Shown here in pieces: positions 40,439 through 53,100 of a stretch of DNA of 64,000 nucleotides. Origin of the DNA: Lama guanicoe (Eukaryota); NCBI GenBank assembly GCA_013239625.1, contig MU053472.1, positions 2,701,822 through 2,765,821 on the forward strand, in the 5' to 3' direction. Numbering within the stretch: the first letter of the stretch is position 1; each line of letters starts with the position of its first letter. The notes under the pieces are model-generated. The model searched no databases. It saw only the letters and a list, made by a program, of their open reading frames with translations, and was not told where the DNA came from. The position numbers were made by a program, and so were the translations under genes.

Positions 40439-41092
40439 TTAAAGACTTTAAAAATTAAACTGGCATCATATTATATGCATTTTTTGTTCCACACCTTTTT
40501 TCAACATATTTTGTGGCTTTCATTCCAATTTAGTACATTTAGACATGCCTTATTCTTTTTAGTAGCTACAAAGTTGTGTACTATACATGTGCTATAACAT
40601 TATATATACATAGATTAAAAAGTCAAGTAATTCTACAACTCTGGTTGTTAAAATTATTAGTCCATAGCCTTCTTCTATTGTCTCCCTCCCAGAGACAACT
40701 GTTTTTCAGAACTCTTTTGCTGTATTTATCTACACATTGCCGTTTATAGATTTTTTAATTATTTACTTCCCACCATGGAAGGTTAGGATTTAGCTTTTTT
40801 CTCAAACTGGCCCCTAAGCCCTAAAACATCCTCTGTCTCCTCATCCTTTTAATATAGTGGTGGTGTCATCACTGGATTAAACCAATACTGAGCTTTACAT
40901 CATCATGAGCAAATACATGGTATTCACAGCTGGGTGACGGAGTATCCTGTGAATACTGTTCCCTTCCTGTGTAATTTTTAAATTTTCTTTGGAGTTAATA
41001 ATCGCTTTGTTCTCCTATTTGCTTAGTTTTTCTACGTACCTGTCAATTATTCAGTCCTGTTTCTCTACTTGTCTGAATTTTTTCTTGATATG

Positions 41093-41595
41093 CAGGCACA
41101 CCTCATTTTATTGCATTTTGCAGATACTGTGTTTTTTAACAAACCAAAGGTTTGTGGCAACCCTGCATTGAGCAAGTCTGTTGGCGCCATTTTTCCAACA
41201 GCATTTGTTCATTTCGTGTCTGTATCACAATTTTGATAATTCTCATATTTCAAACTTTTTCATTATCATTATATTTATCATGGTGATCTGTGATCAGTGA
41301 TCTTTGATGTTACTATTGCAAAAAAATTACAACTTGCTGAAGGTTCAAATGATGGTTAGCATTTTTTAGCAATACAGTGTTTTTTTAATTAAGGTATGTA
41401 TATTGGGTTTTTTTAGACATAATGCTACTGCAAATTAACAGACTACATTTATAGTAGTGACAGTATAGTAGTAAAAAAACATAACTTTTGTAATTACTGG
41501 GAAACCAAAAAATTTGTGTGACTCGCTTTATTGTGATAATTCACTTTATTGCAGTGGCTGGAACCAGACCTCCAAAAATCTCCGAGGTCTGCCTG
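41093..41595 (+). mobile_element. Internally deleted Tigger1-type DNA transposon (non-autonomous)
   Basis: Terminal inverted repeats CAGGCACACCTC / GAGGTCTGCCTG; both Tigger1 ends joined with no transposase ORF. Confidence 0.85.
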
Positions 41596-42344
41596 TGTTT
41601 AGGTATACTGTCAGTTTCATCTTCTTTTAGAAATTTCCCCGAGAGCTTTTGACCTGCTTCAGTCTGGATTTTTTTTTTGCCCTCTTCAGCAAGGTTCTTT
41701 TGTTATCCTGGATATTCTGTTTGCCTGTTCGCTGTGTTGGAGATTCTGCTCAGAGAGACAAAGCCCCAGTGACCTAGGGGCAGAGAAGGGAGGGTCGTGG
41801 TTTTCCTAGTTTTCACCTGAGCTCTCTGCTTTTGGTACAAACCCTGCCCTTACCTCTGTCTGGTGTTCTTCAGACCAGAGACCCTCAATCATATCCTCTC
41901 CAGAAAATAAACCTTTAGCTTTCTGCTAGGGTGGGGAAGAAGCAGTCAGCATGATAAACAGACCAGTTTAGCAACATTCCTTAAGCTGAAGCTAAAGGTA
42001 GACGTGCTCACCATGACTGAGCCAGTGACTTCGCATTTTCATGGATTCCCTTAAGGAATGCTGCTCCATGTTCTAGGGACACAAGGACAATAATGTGTGA
42101 AAAAACGCAGGCATCATTAATGCCGAGTCAAAGAGTGATAAAGTCACTGAATGTGAAAACGTTTTAGGAAAACCTTAACCAACTTATTTTGTTATATATA
42201 TATTTTTATGTATGCTCAAGAATGATGTATGATTTTTTTAATATAAACCTAATTTACTCTAAAAGAACTCTGAATAAGTATAAAATTTATTGTAAGTGAA
42301 TAATCTAATTGACATTTTTAAAATTTTTATTAATTAATTTTAAT

Positions 42345-42494
42345 TTTTAAAATTATTATTTTGTTTGTTTTTTGGGAGGAGGTAATTAGGCTCATTTATT
42401 TATTTATTTATTTTTATTGGAGGTGCTGGGGATTGAACCCAGGACCTCATGCATACTAAGCATGCAGTCTACTACTGAGCTATACCCTCGCCCC
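42345..42494 (-). mobile_element. tRNA-derived SINE (Vic-1-like)
   Basis: Same consensus, antisense, ~140 nt upstream of the exon 7 acceptor. Confidence 0.9.
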
Positions 42495-42632
42495 AAAATA
42501 ATTTAATTGACAAGTTTTGACAACTTATACTGATCAAATGGAAATTTATGTAAAATATACATCCTGTAATACATTTTTCTCTTCTTGTTCAAAGCCATTT
42601 GTAAAATCTCTTGCTTTTTAAAATTTTGGTAG

Positions 42633-42773
42633 GTATTGATTGGCAGGTACGGCCTCCTCTATCAGGACTTCCTACTCTTGGAAAAATGCCTCTCACCAAG
42701 GAGTTTCATTTTAACACTTCCATTGCTAACTTGGTCATCCTTCGTGGGAAAGATGTGCACAGTGCGGATCTGG
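42633..42773 (+). CDS. TUBD1: Delta-tubulin exon 7 (IDWQVRPP...[15 protein letters not shown])
   Basis: tag/gtaagc; 141 nt. Confidence 0.96.
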
Positions 42774-43446
42774 GTAAGCAAAAGTTAAGGCAAAAATTAA
42801 TATGTATATTTTGCACATGTACGTGGTACACATGGTAAAAAAAAAAAGTCCCTGAATTTATTCTTAAAGAAAGGAAAATAATAACTATCTGTTTTAGTAG
42901 CAAAACGTAACCATCGTATCAATTAGTATGTGACTGGACACCAAAACAGAAGTGATGTAAACAAGAGACAAGATTAATTCTTTCTTCCTGAACCTGGTTG
43001 CTTTGTCATCCTCACTTTGTGGCTTCCTCCTTATAGTTCAAGACATCTGTTTGAACTTCAGCCATCAGATCACATAGGAATAAGCAAAGAAGGGCATGCC
43101 CCCTCCTCCTAGGGCCACACACCACACTTGTGTTTATAGCCCTTTGACTTGAACTGTGAGCCACATCTAGCTGCAAGGATGGCTGTGAGCACAGTTAAAA
43201 TTCGGGGGTTCTGTTACTAAAGAAGAAAAGGAGAACATGCTTTGCGGGACAACTAATGGTCTCCGTGACAAGCATCGTACAGAACGTTTTAAGGAAGCTG
43301 AAAGAGCAGTAGTCTATTAGCTTTGTGTTTCTGCGGCAAAGTCTCTAGGTTTATATTCTCCTTATCTGATGAGTCCAGCAGCATCCAGTTGGCTGCTTCC
43401 AGCTGTGATAGAAAGAAAACCAAACAATTTCATCCGTGCAATACTC

Positions 43447-43552
43447 TTTTTTTTTTACATTTTTTTATTGATTTGTAATCATTTTACAATGTTGTGTCAA
43501 ATTCCAGCACAATTTTTCAGTTATACATAAACATACATATATTCATTGTCGC
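43447..43552 (-). mobile_element. Short 5'-truncated L1 3' end
   Basis: Reverse complement of the 3' terminus seen at 9620-9720, with a poly(T) head. Confidence 0.8.
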
Positions 43553-43926
43553 ATGTAATAACCCTTTAAATAAAACACTAGTAATAATTAAAAAGAGATC
43601 ATTTCAAGTCAGTCAGATGGTGTACGTTCATCATATTCTTCATTTTAGATTTTAACATAGAAGAATTAATAAAAAGATGTATAATCTAACTTCCAAAGAT
43701 TTACCCACAGCAAATGATGCAGATACATAGAGGTGTTCTTGCAAAGAGATTCACTGCAGTATCTTTCACACTAACAGAAATGTTGAAACAACCTAAATGC
43801 CCAACAGTAGGAAATGTGTCAAATAAATTACGGTATATTCATCTAAGGAGACTTTAAATATGGGTGATGTTTATTGACATGGAAAAGAAGTTTACAACAT
43901 ACTGGTGATTGAAAAGGACATATTAC

Positions 43927-44175
43927 ATTTGACACAACATTGTAAAATGACTATTACTCAATAAAAAAAAAGTTAAAAAAAAAAGAGGGCATATTACATA
44001 AAAGCATGTGTGTAAAGTTTCCTATGGTATAGCATAGGGAACTATATTCTATATCTTGTAATAACCTATAATAAAAAAGGATGTATATATATACATGTAT
44101 ATATGACTGATAACTATTCTGTACACCAGAAACTAACACAACATTGTAAATCAACTACACTTCAATTTTTAAAAA
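43927..44175 (+). mobile_element. Two adjacent short L1 3' ends (43927-43983 and ~44020-44175) inside an older L1
   Basis: TTTGACACAACATTGTAAAATGACTA..CTCAATAAAA flanked by CATATTACAT repeats; second piece matches 20680-20845. Confidence 0.75.
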
Positions 44176-44449
44176 ATGATAATACAAAAAAGGGTCAGCA
44201 GACTGTTCATAGTCATCATCTCTGGGTGGTGACATTTCAGCTGTTCAGTTGACTTTTAAATTTTCTTCGTAATACTTTGCTGAATGCTCTGAATTATTAG
44301 TTTTTTTATGCTACATATGGCTCATTTATCCAAAAGCAATATAAAGTTAGTTTAAAAGGCAAAACAAAAGACTTTTGGTGAAATGGATATGAAAGTATCT
44401 GTTTATTAATTTGTTTCCAGAATTGATGATTTATGTCGTTTTACTGTAG

Positions 44450-44633
44450 GGGCGTTTAAAGATCCAGCTCTCTATACTTCCTGGTTAGAGCCTGTTACCG
44501 CTTTCAACGTGTGGAAGACCCAGCGAGCCTTCAGCAAATATGAGAAGTCTGCAGCGTTGGTCAGCAATAGCCAGTCCTTAGTAAAACCACTGGATATGAT
44601 TGTAGGCAAAGCGTGGAATATGTTTGCTTCAAA
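44450..44633 (+). CDS. TUBD1: Delta-tubulin exon 8 ([11 protein letters not shown]...KAWNMFAS)
   Basis: tag/gtaagt; 184 nt. Confidence 0.97.
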
Positions 44634-44712
44634 GTAAGTAAAAAATAAGTCTACGAACCTTTTCTAACCTTAGGCAGATAATATAATGTTAAAACGCAAG
44701 GCAGGATCTGGA

Positions 44713-45086
44713 GTGTCTTAGTCCATTTGGGCCTCTAACAAAAATCGCACGGTCTGGGTAGCTTATAAACCACAGAAATTTATTTCTCACTGTTCTAGAC
44801 GTTGGAAAGTCCACAATTAAGATGCTGGCAGATTCGATGTCTGGTGAAGACACACGTCCTGGTTCATAGGTGGTATCTTTTTGCTGTGTGCTCAAACAGC
44901 AGACAGGGCAAAGGAGCTTTCTTGGGCCTCTTTTTATGAGGACACTGATCGCACTCATCAGGGCCCAGAATCTGATCACTCATATGATCTAATCACCTCC
45001 CAAAGGCCTTCCCTCCTAGAAACATCACCTTGGGAGTTACATCTTCAACGGATGGATTTGGGGAGCGCACGTTCAATCTGATAGCA
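44713..45086 (-). mobile_element. MLT1A-type LTR
   Basis: TGTCTTAGTCCATTTGGG...CAGAAATTTATTTCTCACTGTTCTAGA...CTAATCACCTCCCAAAGG. Confidence 0.8.
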
Positions 45087-46227
45087 TGAGCAGGCATGGC
45101 TACCACTTTGTAGGTATAAATTTTGAGGCATGTTACTTTTCTTCATTTCCTTTCTTTTTCTGTACGATGGGTCCAAACTGAGAGTGAAGATGTGGCAAGG
45201 ATTAAATGAGATAATAATGTAAAAAATACCCGAGTACAGTGCCTAACTAGTAAATGCTCAATAATTGTTCCATATTATTATTGTTGTTGTTGTTGACTAA
45301 ATGAGTAGTTTCTAAATGAAATGAAATGAAAGTAGAAATTTCATTATAAGGCAAGGACAATAAGATTGTTTTCCAAAACAAGATCCTTGAGAACAGAAGA
45401 AATCCTGATCTTGCTCAGTAAGAAATACTGCATCTTCAACTCCACTTGATACTAAAAAAGTATCTACTTGATACTAAGAATTGTGTTATCAGGTTTCCTG
45501 ACCTCTGGCACAATTGCATAATGTCAAAGCCAAATTCCTCAAATGATGGGCTAAGCTTCTACTTTAATTAGCCAGGATTCCCAAGGACCCCCCCCCCATC
45601 CTGCACGTGACCACTCCATAAGCCCCCACTCCTCAGGGCTGTGACCTCTTGATCCTTTTCTGGTGTAGTTCTCTTCCCACTCTCATTAAATGGTAGCAGC
45701 CATTGTTTCATCAATTTAATTCATGCCTGCCCTTAATATTCTTTTTAACATGATTTCTCCTGCCTCAGAACATTTTGGGGGGATGGGCTATTAAGAGGAC
45801 CACCTGGAATAGCTGGAAATTAAGTGTCAGAAAAACACTTAGGAGCCTTCACCTCATCTCGGGGACCAGACCAATGTGTTTCTACAGTGTCAAGCCTTAG
45901 ATAAAACATCTTAGGCACTTTTTAGAGTTTATATTGAACCCAGTCATCTCCCGCAGGGTGATGAATACGTGCCGGGTAGACGCCACACCTGAATGGGCTG
46001 CTTTTTCCTACATGTTTCTTATTGTCACACTCTTAGACGTTAAATAGACATAAACTTTGAAAGTTTGCTAACCTTTGGAGCAAACACTGAAGCAAAGATA
46101 ACGACTTTTAAGAGAGTCTGCCATCTTCAAATGTTCGTGAGCTAGGAAAAGTGTATTTATTGTTTGATTTTAAGAGTTATTCATTTGCTTGAGATTTTTA
46201 TTTCACATTTTCTGTTTCTTTCACCAG

Positions 46228-46330
46228 AGCCTACCTTCATCAGTATACAAAATTTGGAATTGAAGAAGAGGACTTGTTGGACGGTTTCGCATTGTTAGAA
46301 CAGGTTATTGCCAGTTACAGCAACCTCTGA
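46228..46330 (+). CDS. TUBD1: Delta-tubulin last coding exon ([33 protein letters not shown])
   Basis: cag acceptor; TGA at 46328-46330; 103 nt. Confidence 0.97.
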
Positions 46331-46846
46331 TTTTGAACAAAGGGGAAGAAGTACTTAAGTCATTTTTGGACTAAAATATTTTTGACACTTTTCTCTGTAA
46401 GGTTTTCAAATTCCTATCTGCTAAAGTAACAAAATTAAATGCTGATTCCTCCTGCATAGTGCACCCACAGAAAAGGAGGGAAATCTTTTAAATGGAGCAT
46501 GTTTTCAAAGAAAACATCTACTTGGTTGTTTTCCTTTGTAAGAAAAAAAATGGTGCTTCTTTAAAAAACTTTGGGAACACTGCTAAGATATTGGAACTCT
46601 GGAGCTTTCCAAAAAAGGGAATATTCTTTGTCCTCATGTTCATAAAACTTCTCTCTTCATTCCAAACAAGCATTCACTAAATATGAGCTAAACTTGTACA
46701 GCACAATTTGAAGCTAAGGAATTGTTAATTCTGTATTTAAAGGTAATCATCTTTGAAGTGAGTGCTTTGAACCACAAGAGGGAGCTGTTGTCAAATAGTG
46801 TGAATATCTATTTTGACTATTATTCTGTAACAGGGTAAGATTTTCT

Positions 46847-46971
46847 TTTCTTTTTAATTTGGGGGGGGTAATTAAGTTTATTTATTTTTTAGAGGAGGTA
46901 CTGGGGATTGAACCCAGGATCTTGTGCATGCTAAGCATGAGCTCTACCACTTGAGCTATGCCTTCCGCTCC
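46847..46971 (-). mobile_element. tRNA-derived SINE in the TUBD1 3' region
   Basis: AAGATTTTCT duplication at 46837-46846 and 46972-46981. Confidence 0.9.
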
Positions 46972-47001
46972 AAGATTTTCTACTTTAGGCAACTATTTAA
47001 A

Positions 47002-47028
47002 AATAAATGTCAGGATTTTGTTAATAAA
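47002..47028 (+). terminator. TUBD1: Candidate TUBD1 poly(A) signals (AATAAA at 47002 and 47023)
   Basis: Two canonical hexamers followed by GU/U-rich TGTTTACTTTGTTTGCTTTT. Confidence 0.65.
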
Positions 47029-49837
47029 TGTATATCAGGCTTTAATACAAAGATGAATAAGTAAATGTTTACTTTGTTTGCTTTTCTTAAATTTTCAGGG
47101 CATCCAAAAATTGCAATTTTCTTTTAGATCTTAGAATGCCAGAGCAGGAACTGATATTATTCGATCAGTGTTTTAAAATTACAGGTATTTGACTGATGCG
47201 GAAGATGGTTATGCCTTTCAGTAAGAGGGGTAAGAGCTTTCACCGAAATTTCACTAAGTTGAGAAAATATCACCAAGGAAATACCATGCTGGATGAAACT
47301 GACACGTACAAATGTGGGTTTACTCAGAAGGACAAACACATTTGGACACTGGCAGCTGCGTTTGAAGGGAATGGTGTGTTTCAGTAAAACCCGTCACATG
47401 CACTGTATTAACAAATGTAAAATGGGAAACAACAGGAACATTTGCCCTTTCTGCCAGATCTACCAGTGGTGACTTATTTTTATATGGAAAAATGACAGTT
47501 CACAGATTCACTGGTTTCTTCCTTTTCTTTCCATATGGAAATGATTACCTTTTTGCTGTTTTTCTTATCAACTGTTGCTATGATTTAAAATACTGAACCA
47601 TATCTTACTTCTAAGGAATGTAAAAAGTGGTCTGTTCAGCTGCTAAAAGGCACACCCACTGCTGCATTTTGTTAACCCAAGTCCACTTGAAAATAATTAG
47701 ATCATAATTTTTGCAAACTACAGTAAAAAGTAGTAGTTTAGCACTGCAGAGATCCAAAGACTGAAACAATTTCCCAAACTAAACCAGCATTAATGAAGAT
47801 CTGTAACTGAATTACCTCACGAGGGGGGTAAGCTGATTCTGAGAAATCTTAATCCAGGTTAAGCTTAAAGAAAGTCTTAAGCTGAAATCGTTTTGTATTT
47901 GAGAAAGTATGCATGATGTGCTAATGGGGACAAGTGTATTTCTAATGTGAACTCATAGAATCAATGGCAGGTGACTACTGGAAGTAAACTCCAGTTAGAC
48001 AGAGCCCTGGGTCCATTCACTTATGTGAGTTGACCCTTTTTAATGATCCACAGCTGCATTATTTGATCTGTGTAGATACCTAAATATTTACAAAATTGTT
48101 TTAAACATTTACATGGAAAGTATTTTTTCTTGTCTATTTGGAATAATATAAAATTTTTGCTATTAGAATTGTGATAACTTAAAATTAACACAGAGAAGCT
48201 GATGCCAAAGCTTCAAGAGAAGGGGTGGCGCTGGAAATGTACTTTGATTTGTGTGCAGATAACGACCAATCAGCCAGGACATTAGAATCATGACTTCCCG
48301 GACATACAGATTCAAAAGCTTTGAAAGTGTAATTTCTTAGATTCCTGAGTAACTGGCATGCTGGGTCTCACTCAGACACTGTCCCCCAGAGCCAGAGCGC
48401 ACGTTACAGGCAGTGAGTACAGTATAAATTCAAACTGCTGCTTATTTTCGAGTGTTTTCATTCTCCCCTATTTGTGCTTTTCTTAAGAGCTCTTTAAGCT
48501 GTAGAATATCTTTTTTCCCATTCATTCCCTCTTCCTTCTACCTTTGGGTACTCCCTCCCTCCCCAGCCTCTTAATCAATCTGCAGCATCTTTCTCCTTTG
48601 TTTAACCTGTCACTTAGAACCTGGTAAGTATGCCCACAATTCACACTTCTTAGTCCATTCAACCAGTATCTATTCAGTGCTAGGCACTGAACAGATGTTA
48701 TGGGATATAGGGATCAATACCACTTAGTCTAAATGAAGACACTTACAACATGGTTAAGTTTCTTTGCACATCTGGTGCTACAATTCTAGCTTCCTAATTA
48801 TTGCTTATTATCTTGCCCATGTCCACATTCAATTTTTTTTTTTTTTACAAGAGAGGTGGTACAAGGTAAAGAACAATGAACTGGGATCTCTAGTCGAGGC
48901 TTAAAATTTGTCTGAAGCATCTCCTCTCTGTGCAGTGGACATACCAGTGATTCTTCTCCTGACCACCATGTTTATCACACTTGCGTTCCTGTCCAAAACT
49001 TTGTTTTAAAACGTGTTCCCTAAGTTCCCATCCCACTGTTCTCTCCCCATGAGCCCAAGGTTCAGCAGTCAACCCTTTCTGGTTCTTCCACTTACCTACC
49101 AAATATGGCTTTGCCTACTCTCTTGTCATTTCTGGCAAATAATCAGTTATTTAATGTGAGATAATTTGCTTGTCTCTATCAATCACATTGTTTCCTATAG
49201 GTTTTAGGAATGTGAGCTACCAAGTCTGGCTTTATATTTTTAACTGAATAACTTCCTACTCCTCCACTCTGAAATGTCTCAGATGATGCAGTGTCAGCCT
49301 GATTAATAAATGGAATCCCATTTCTACTAGCAGGAATGTTAAGATAAACATGTAAATATTTCAAGTTTCTGGAGAACCCAGTGTTGGGTCAGTGTTGGAG
49401 AAGATGTGACATTCAGTGGAGAAGGAAAAGAGAAAATTCCAATCGTTTATAGACTCTAGAAAGCCAGTGAAGCAGGAAGAGATGAAAAGGAAGGTCTGGG
49501 GAAGGATGAAGCCCCCAGAGAAATGCTCATAGCTCACAAGCATTTCAAAAAAAGGAGGGGGAGGGGAAGAAGGGCAGAAGTCTGGATGGTTTTTGAATTA
49601 TGGGCTTTACCTAATGATGAAAAACCTAAGAGTAGCTTACAAAATTGGCATAAAAAGAAACAGTAAGCTAAATTACACGTCACTTAGCAAGTAATTCTGT
49701 CTTACCTGAATTTAGCTCCTTTGCCAATGATGGAGCCAATTTGATGGATAGTTTTATGGTTCTCTTGTCCCATCTGAATTTAATTATTTACATGGTAAGA
49801 ACACGGAAGTTCAAAGATTTTTGTCCAGTCTTTTTAT

Positions 49838-50105
49838 CCAATATTGGCTGTCGAATAAGGTGGCCATTAGCCTCATGTGGTTAGGGCTATAAGTGCAAAA
49901 TACACATTGGATTTTGAATATGAACAAAGTAATGTAAAATATTAATATTTCAACATGTTAAAATGATATTTTGGACATAATAGGTTAAATAAATTATTCA
50001 AATTGGTATAATTCCTGTTTCCTTTTAAATTTTAAAATGTAGCTACTAAAATTTTTTTAAACATTAGATACAGGACTTGTATTTTTATTGGACAGGGCTA
50101 TTCTA
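49838..50105. mobile_element. MER3/MER33-like hAT remnant
   Basis: GGCCATTAGCCTCATGTGG...AAGTGCAAAATACACATTGGATTTTGAA...TTTTATTGGACAG. Confidence 0.55.
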
Positions 50106-53100
50106 GACATTTCAGGAGCAAAGTCCTGGGAATTGTAGAAACTGGAGTTGAACAAGCTTGTCCTTACTAGGTGAGAGTTCATGGGAACATGATAGTAAGA
50201 AACATGATATGAGGCAAAAGATGGGAGTTTCCTTTTTTGAAAAAAAGAGGCCTTTGCTTAAGCTCTGCTGATGTGGACAGCAGGAAAGAGGCAGGATGTG
50301 CGCTTAATCCAACAAACATCCACTGAACACCTGCAAGGGGAAGACACTGTGCAAAGACAGGGAAATTTAAAAATGAATTAAACCTGGCCGCTACGCTTAA
50401 GGAGTTCACCATTTGGTATATCCTTTGCTGCAAAGAATATGCCTGGTTCACATAGAAACTCCCTGTTTACTGAACAGATTAATATAAACTGTGTCTAAAA
50501 AACTATGATAAAGACATAAAGCTGCAAACCTACAGACCCAGTGAAGCCAGTTAAAGGTCCCATGTTAGCAACAGATCTCACAACTAGATGCAGCTAAGGA
50601 CCCGGAAATGTGTTCAAATATTTACTTCTGAAGCCATCTGATACAATTAAAAGACATGTAAGGCAATCTAAGTTCAAACAATATATTAAGAGAGTGAAGA
50701 ATTGACATTATTTGTTAAGTCTTTGCCGAAAATCTAAATTCCTTGTCCTGGAATTCCAAGCCTTCTAAAGCTCGGCCATTCCCTCTCTGCCACTGTTCCC
50801 TTGCCGTGTACTGTTGTAGCCGAGACAGACAGAAATGGCTCTTAAGTGTTGTTATAAAAAATGGTGGTTTCAGTAAGGACAGGATGGAGCCGCCTGTCAC
50901 TGACCGGAAGATACAGAGGAGAGACTTGCTGCAGTGATCCAAGAACGGGAGGGAGGCTCAGAAGATTTTTGAGCAGGCCTGAAAGGACACACACTAGATT
51001 CTGTAGTAGTTTCTTTGTGGCAATATCTTACGGGATTTTCTTCTTTTTTTGTATTATGCATTTCTTTGGTTTGCATTTCTTTTTAAACAGAGCCTTAAAA
51101 ACCCAACATAAAGATAAAATGACTCAAATGATTTTTTAAAGGATGTTAAGACCTGGATACAGTTTGAGGAATGGAGGAGTAAGTCAAATGAATCAGAAGG
51201 CGGCGGCAGCAGGGTGGAAGCAGTGAGCAGCGTCGCTGTTCTGTAAACTGTCACATAAACAGCCTGTAGGAACTACAGGATGTTCCAGGTTCTTGCAGGG
51301 GCAGAGGAGGGAGGGAGAAAATAAAGACTGACTTTAGGGTCCTTCTGTCTCAACATGTTGTTCTAATGACCATTTCCTGCTGCAGGGAGACTAGAAAATG
51401 TATCACACACAAAGGCTAGGAGCAGCCTGAAAAGAGGTGTATAGGTGTATAAAGTAGAAAATCTTTTCTGTATGAAGGACGTTTTTATTTCCTCCTTGCA
51501 GAGACCTGGAATGACTTTTATGCTCAGACAGATTCTTTATGTTTGAAGAAGAAAATGCAGAACATCTGAAAGTGCCTTTGATCTCTAGCTTTTTCTACAA
51601 GCACTATTTTTCAATGTCTCTCTCTCTTTTTTCTTCTAAAACTGTGCAAAGCACCCCGACTCACGTGCCTTTACCAGACAGACATCTCGTTTTGTCTGAC
51701 TCCACCAGAAAGCCAGTAACGGTGACACTCTTGATTCTCCCAGGCTTCAAAAACTGTCCACCCTCTTGAGAGTGGAATACTCGGATTTTGTACCTCTCTT
51801 CTCTACAGAGGATTATTATACAAGTAAATCTCCCCTTCTGAACTCTGGCGCTCCTGGTGAGTGGCAGAATTGTGGTCATATGTCATTTATTCTGAACTCC
51901 TACCCAGCCAACTTCAATAAGCATAACTCATTTACTGAAGCATGTAAACAAGCCCAGCCCCAAAGCAGCCAAATGGAGAGCTGCCTTTACCACATGCTCC
52001 AGGAGGTGTAATAAAGCTGGGATTCGGCCTTTAGGCTTGGCAAGGGCAGCTGGGAGGATGTCCTCGTCCTTCCTGGGGAGAACTAATGACATCTGGGTTC
52101 TAGGTGGCTGCCACCGCTGTCTGGGCTAGCGCTACAGGAAGCCTGGACTCCAGCAGAAACACACAGGAAATCACATTGCCAAACTTTTCTCCTTATAAAG
52201 ACAGATGATCTGTCCAGGAATTACCATCCTCCCAGTTCTCAGAGGGAGGAGCCACCGGTTAAGCAGGCAGGATACAACTGGAGAGAGGAATTCTAAAGCA
52301 GTTTCCGGTGGCCCCAAGGTCCAGCCGCAGTACCATTCTGCAAGAACAGGGCTGCGTAACAAGTCAAGGCTCAGATGAGCGCTTGTGGGAAAGTACAGAG
52401 GACATACTATTGAGACTTCTCTGAAATAATCTAGTTTATTCTCTGACAGGGCGAAATTACAGAGTGTCTAAAGGACAGCACATTCACTAGGAGCTGAGTT
52501 GGGAAAACTGACATACAGACCCGTAGGGGGTCTGTATTCTATCAGTATCTTTGCTCTGTATGTTCAGAACGGAGCGGTGACTCTCCCTTAAACTTGCTGC
52601 TCCTCCTATATTCCTGGCTCAGTGGGCAATGGTTCGTGCCATCTTCTCAGGCTTCTTTGGTACCTTCTTCATGTATATTCCGCCCTTACCTGGACGCTAC
52701 CCGGGTAGCGCCGCCTGCCTGCCTGCCTTTGAATCTCCACTGCTGCCTCACCTGGACCACTGCGGGATCCATTCAGCAAACACTCCCTGCGACCCTACCC
52801 TGTGCTCGGCTCTGAGCTTACAAAAGAGAGCCCAGTAGTGCCTGCCCTTCTGGGGCCTATGCTATAGTGGAGGAAACCACAAAATCAAGAGAATAGACAA
52901 ACTAGTTGTGAATTATATGTAGGTACTTCAAAGGAAACAAAATGGGGCTAGACAAAGAATGACAGGTAGATGACTCACTGGCTGCATCTCTTCCACCCAC
53001 CCTGCACGCGGCTCCCTTACCTGTGCCTTCCTGGTGGCTCTCACGGGGCTTCCTGACTTAGAACCCCTTCTCTCGCCCCACCCTTACCTGGCAATTCAAA

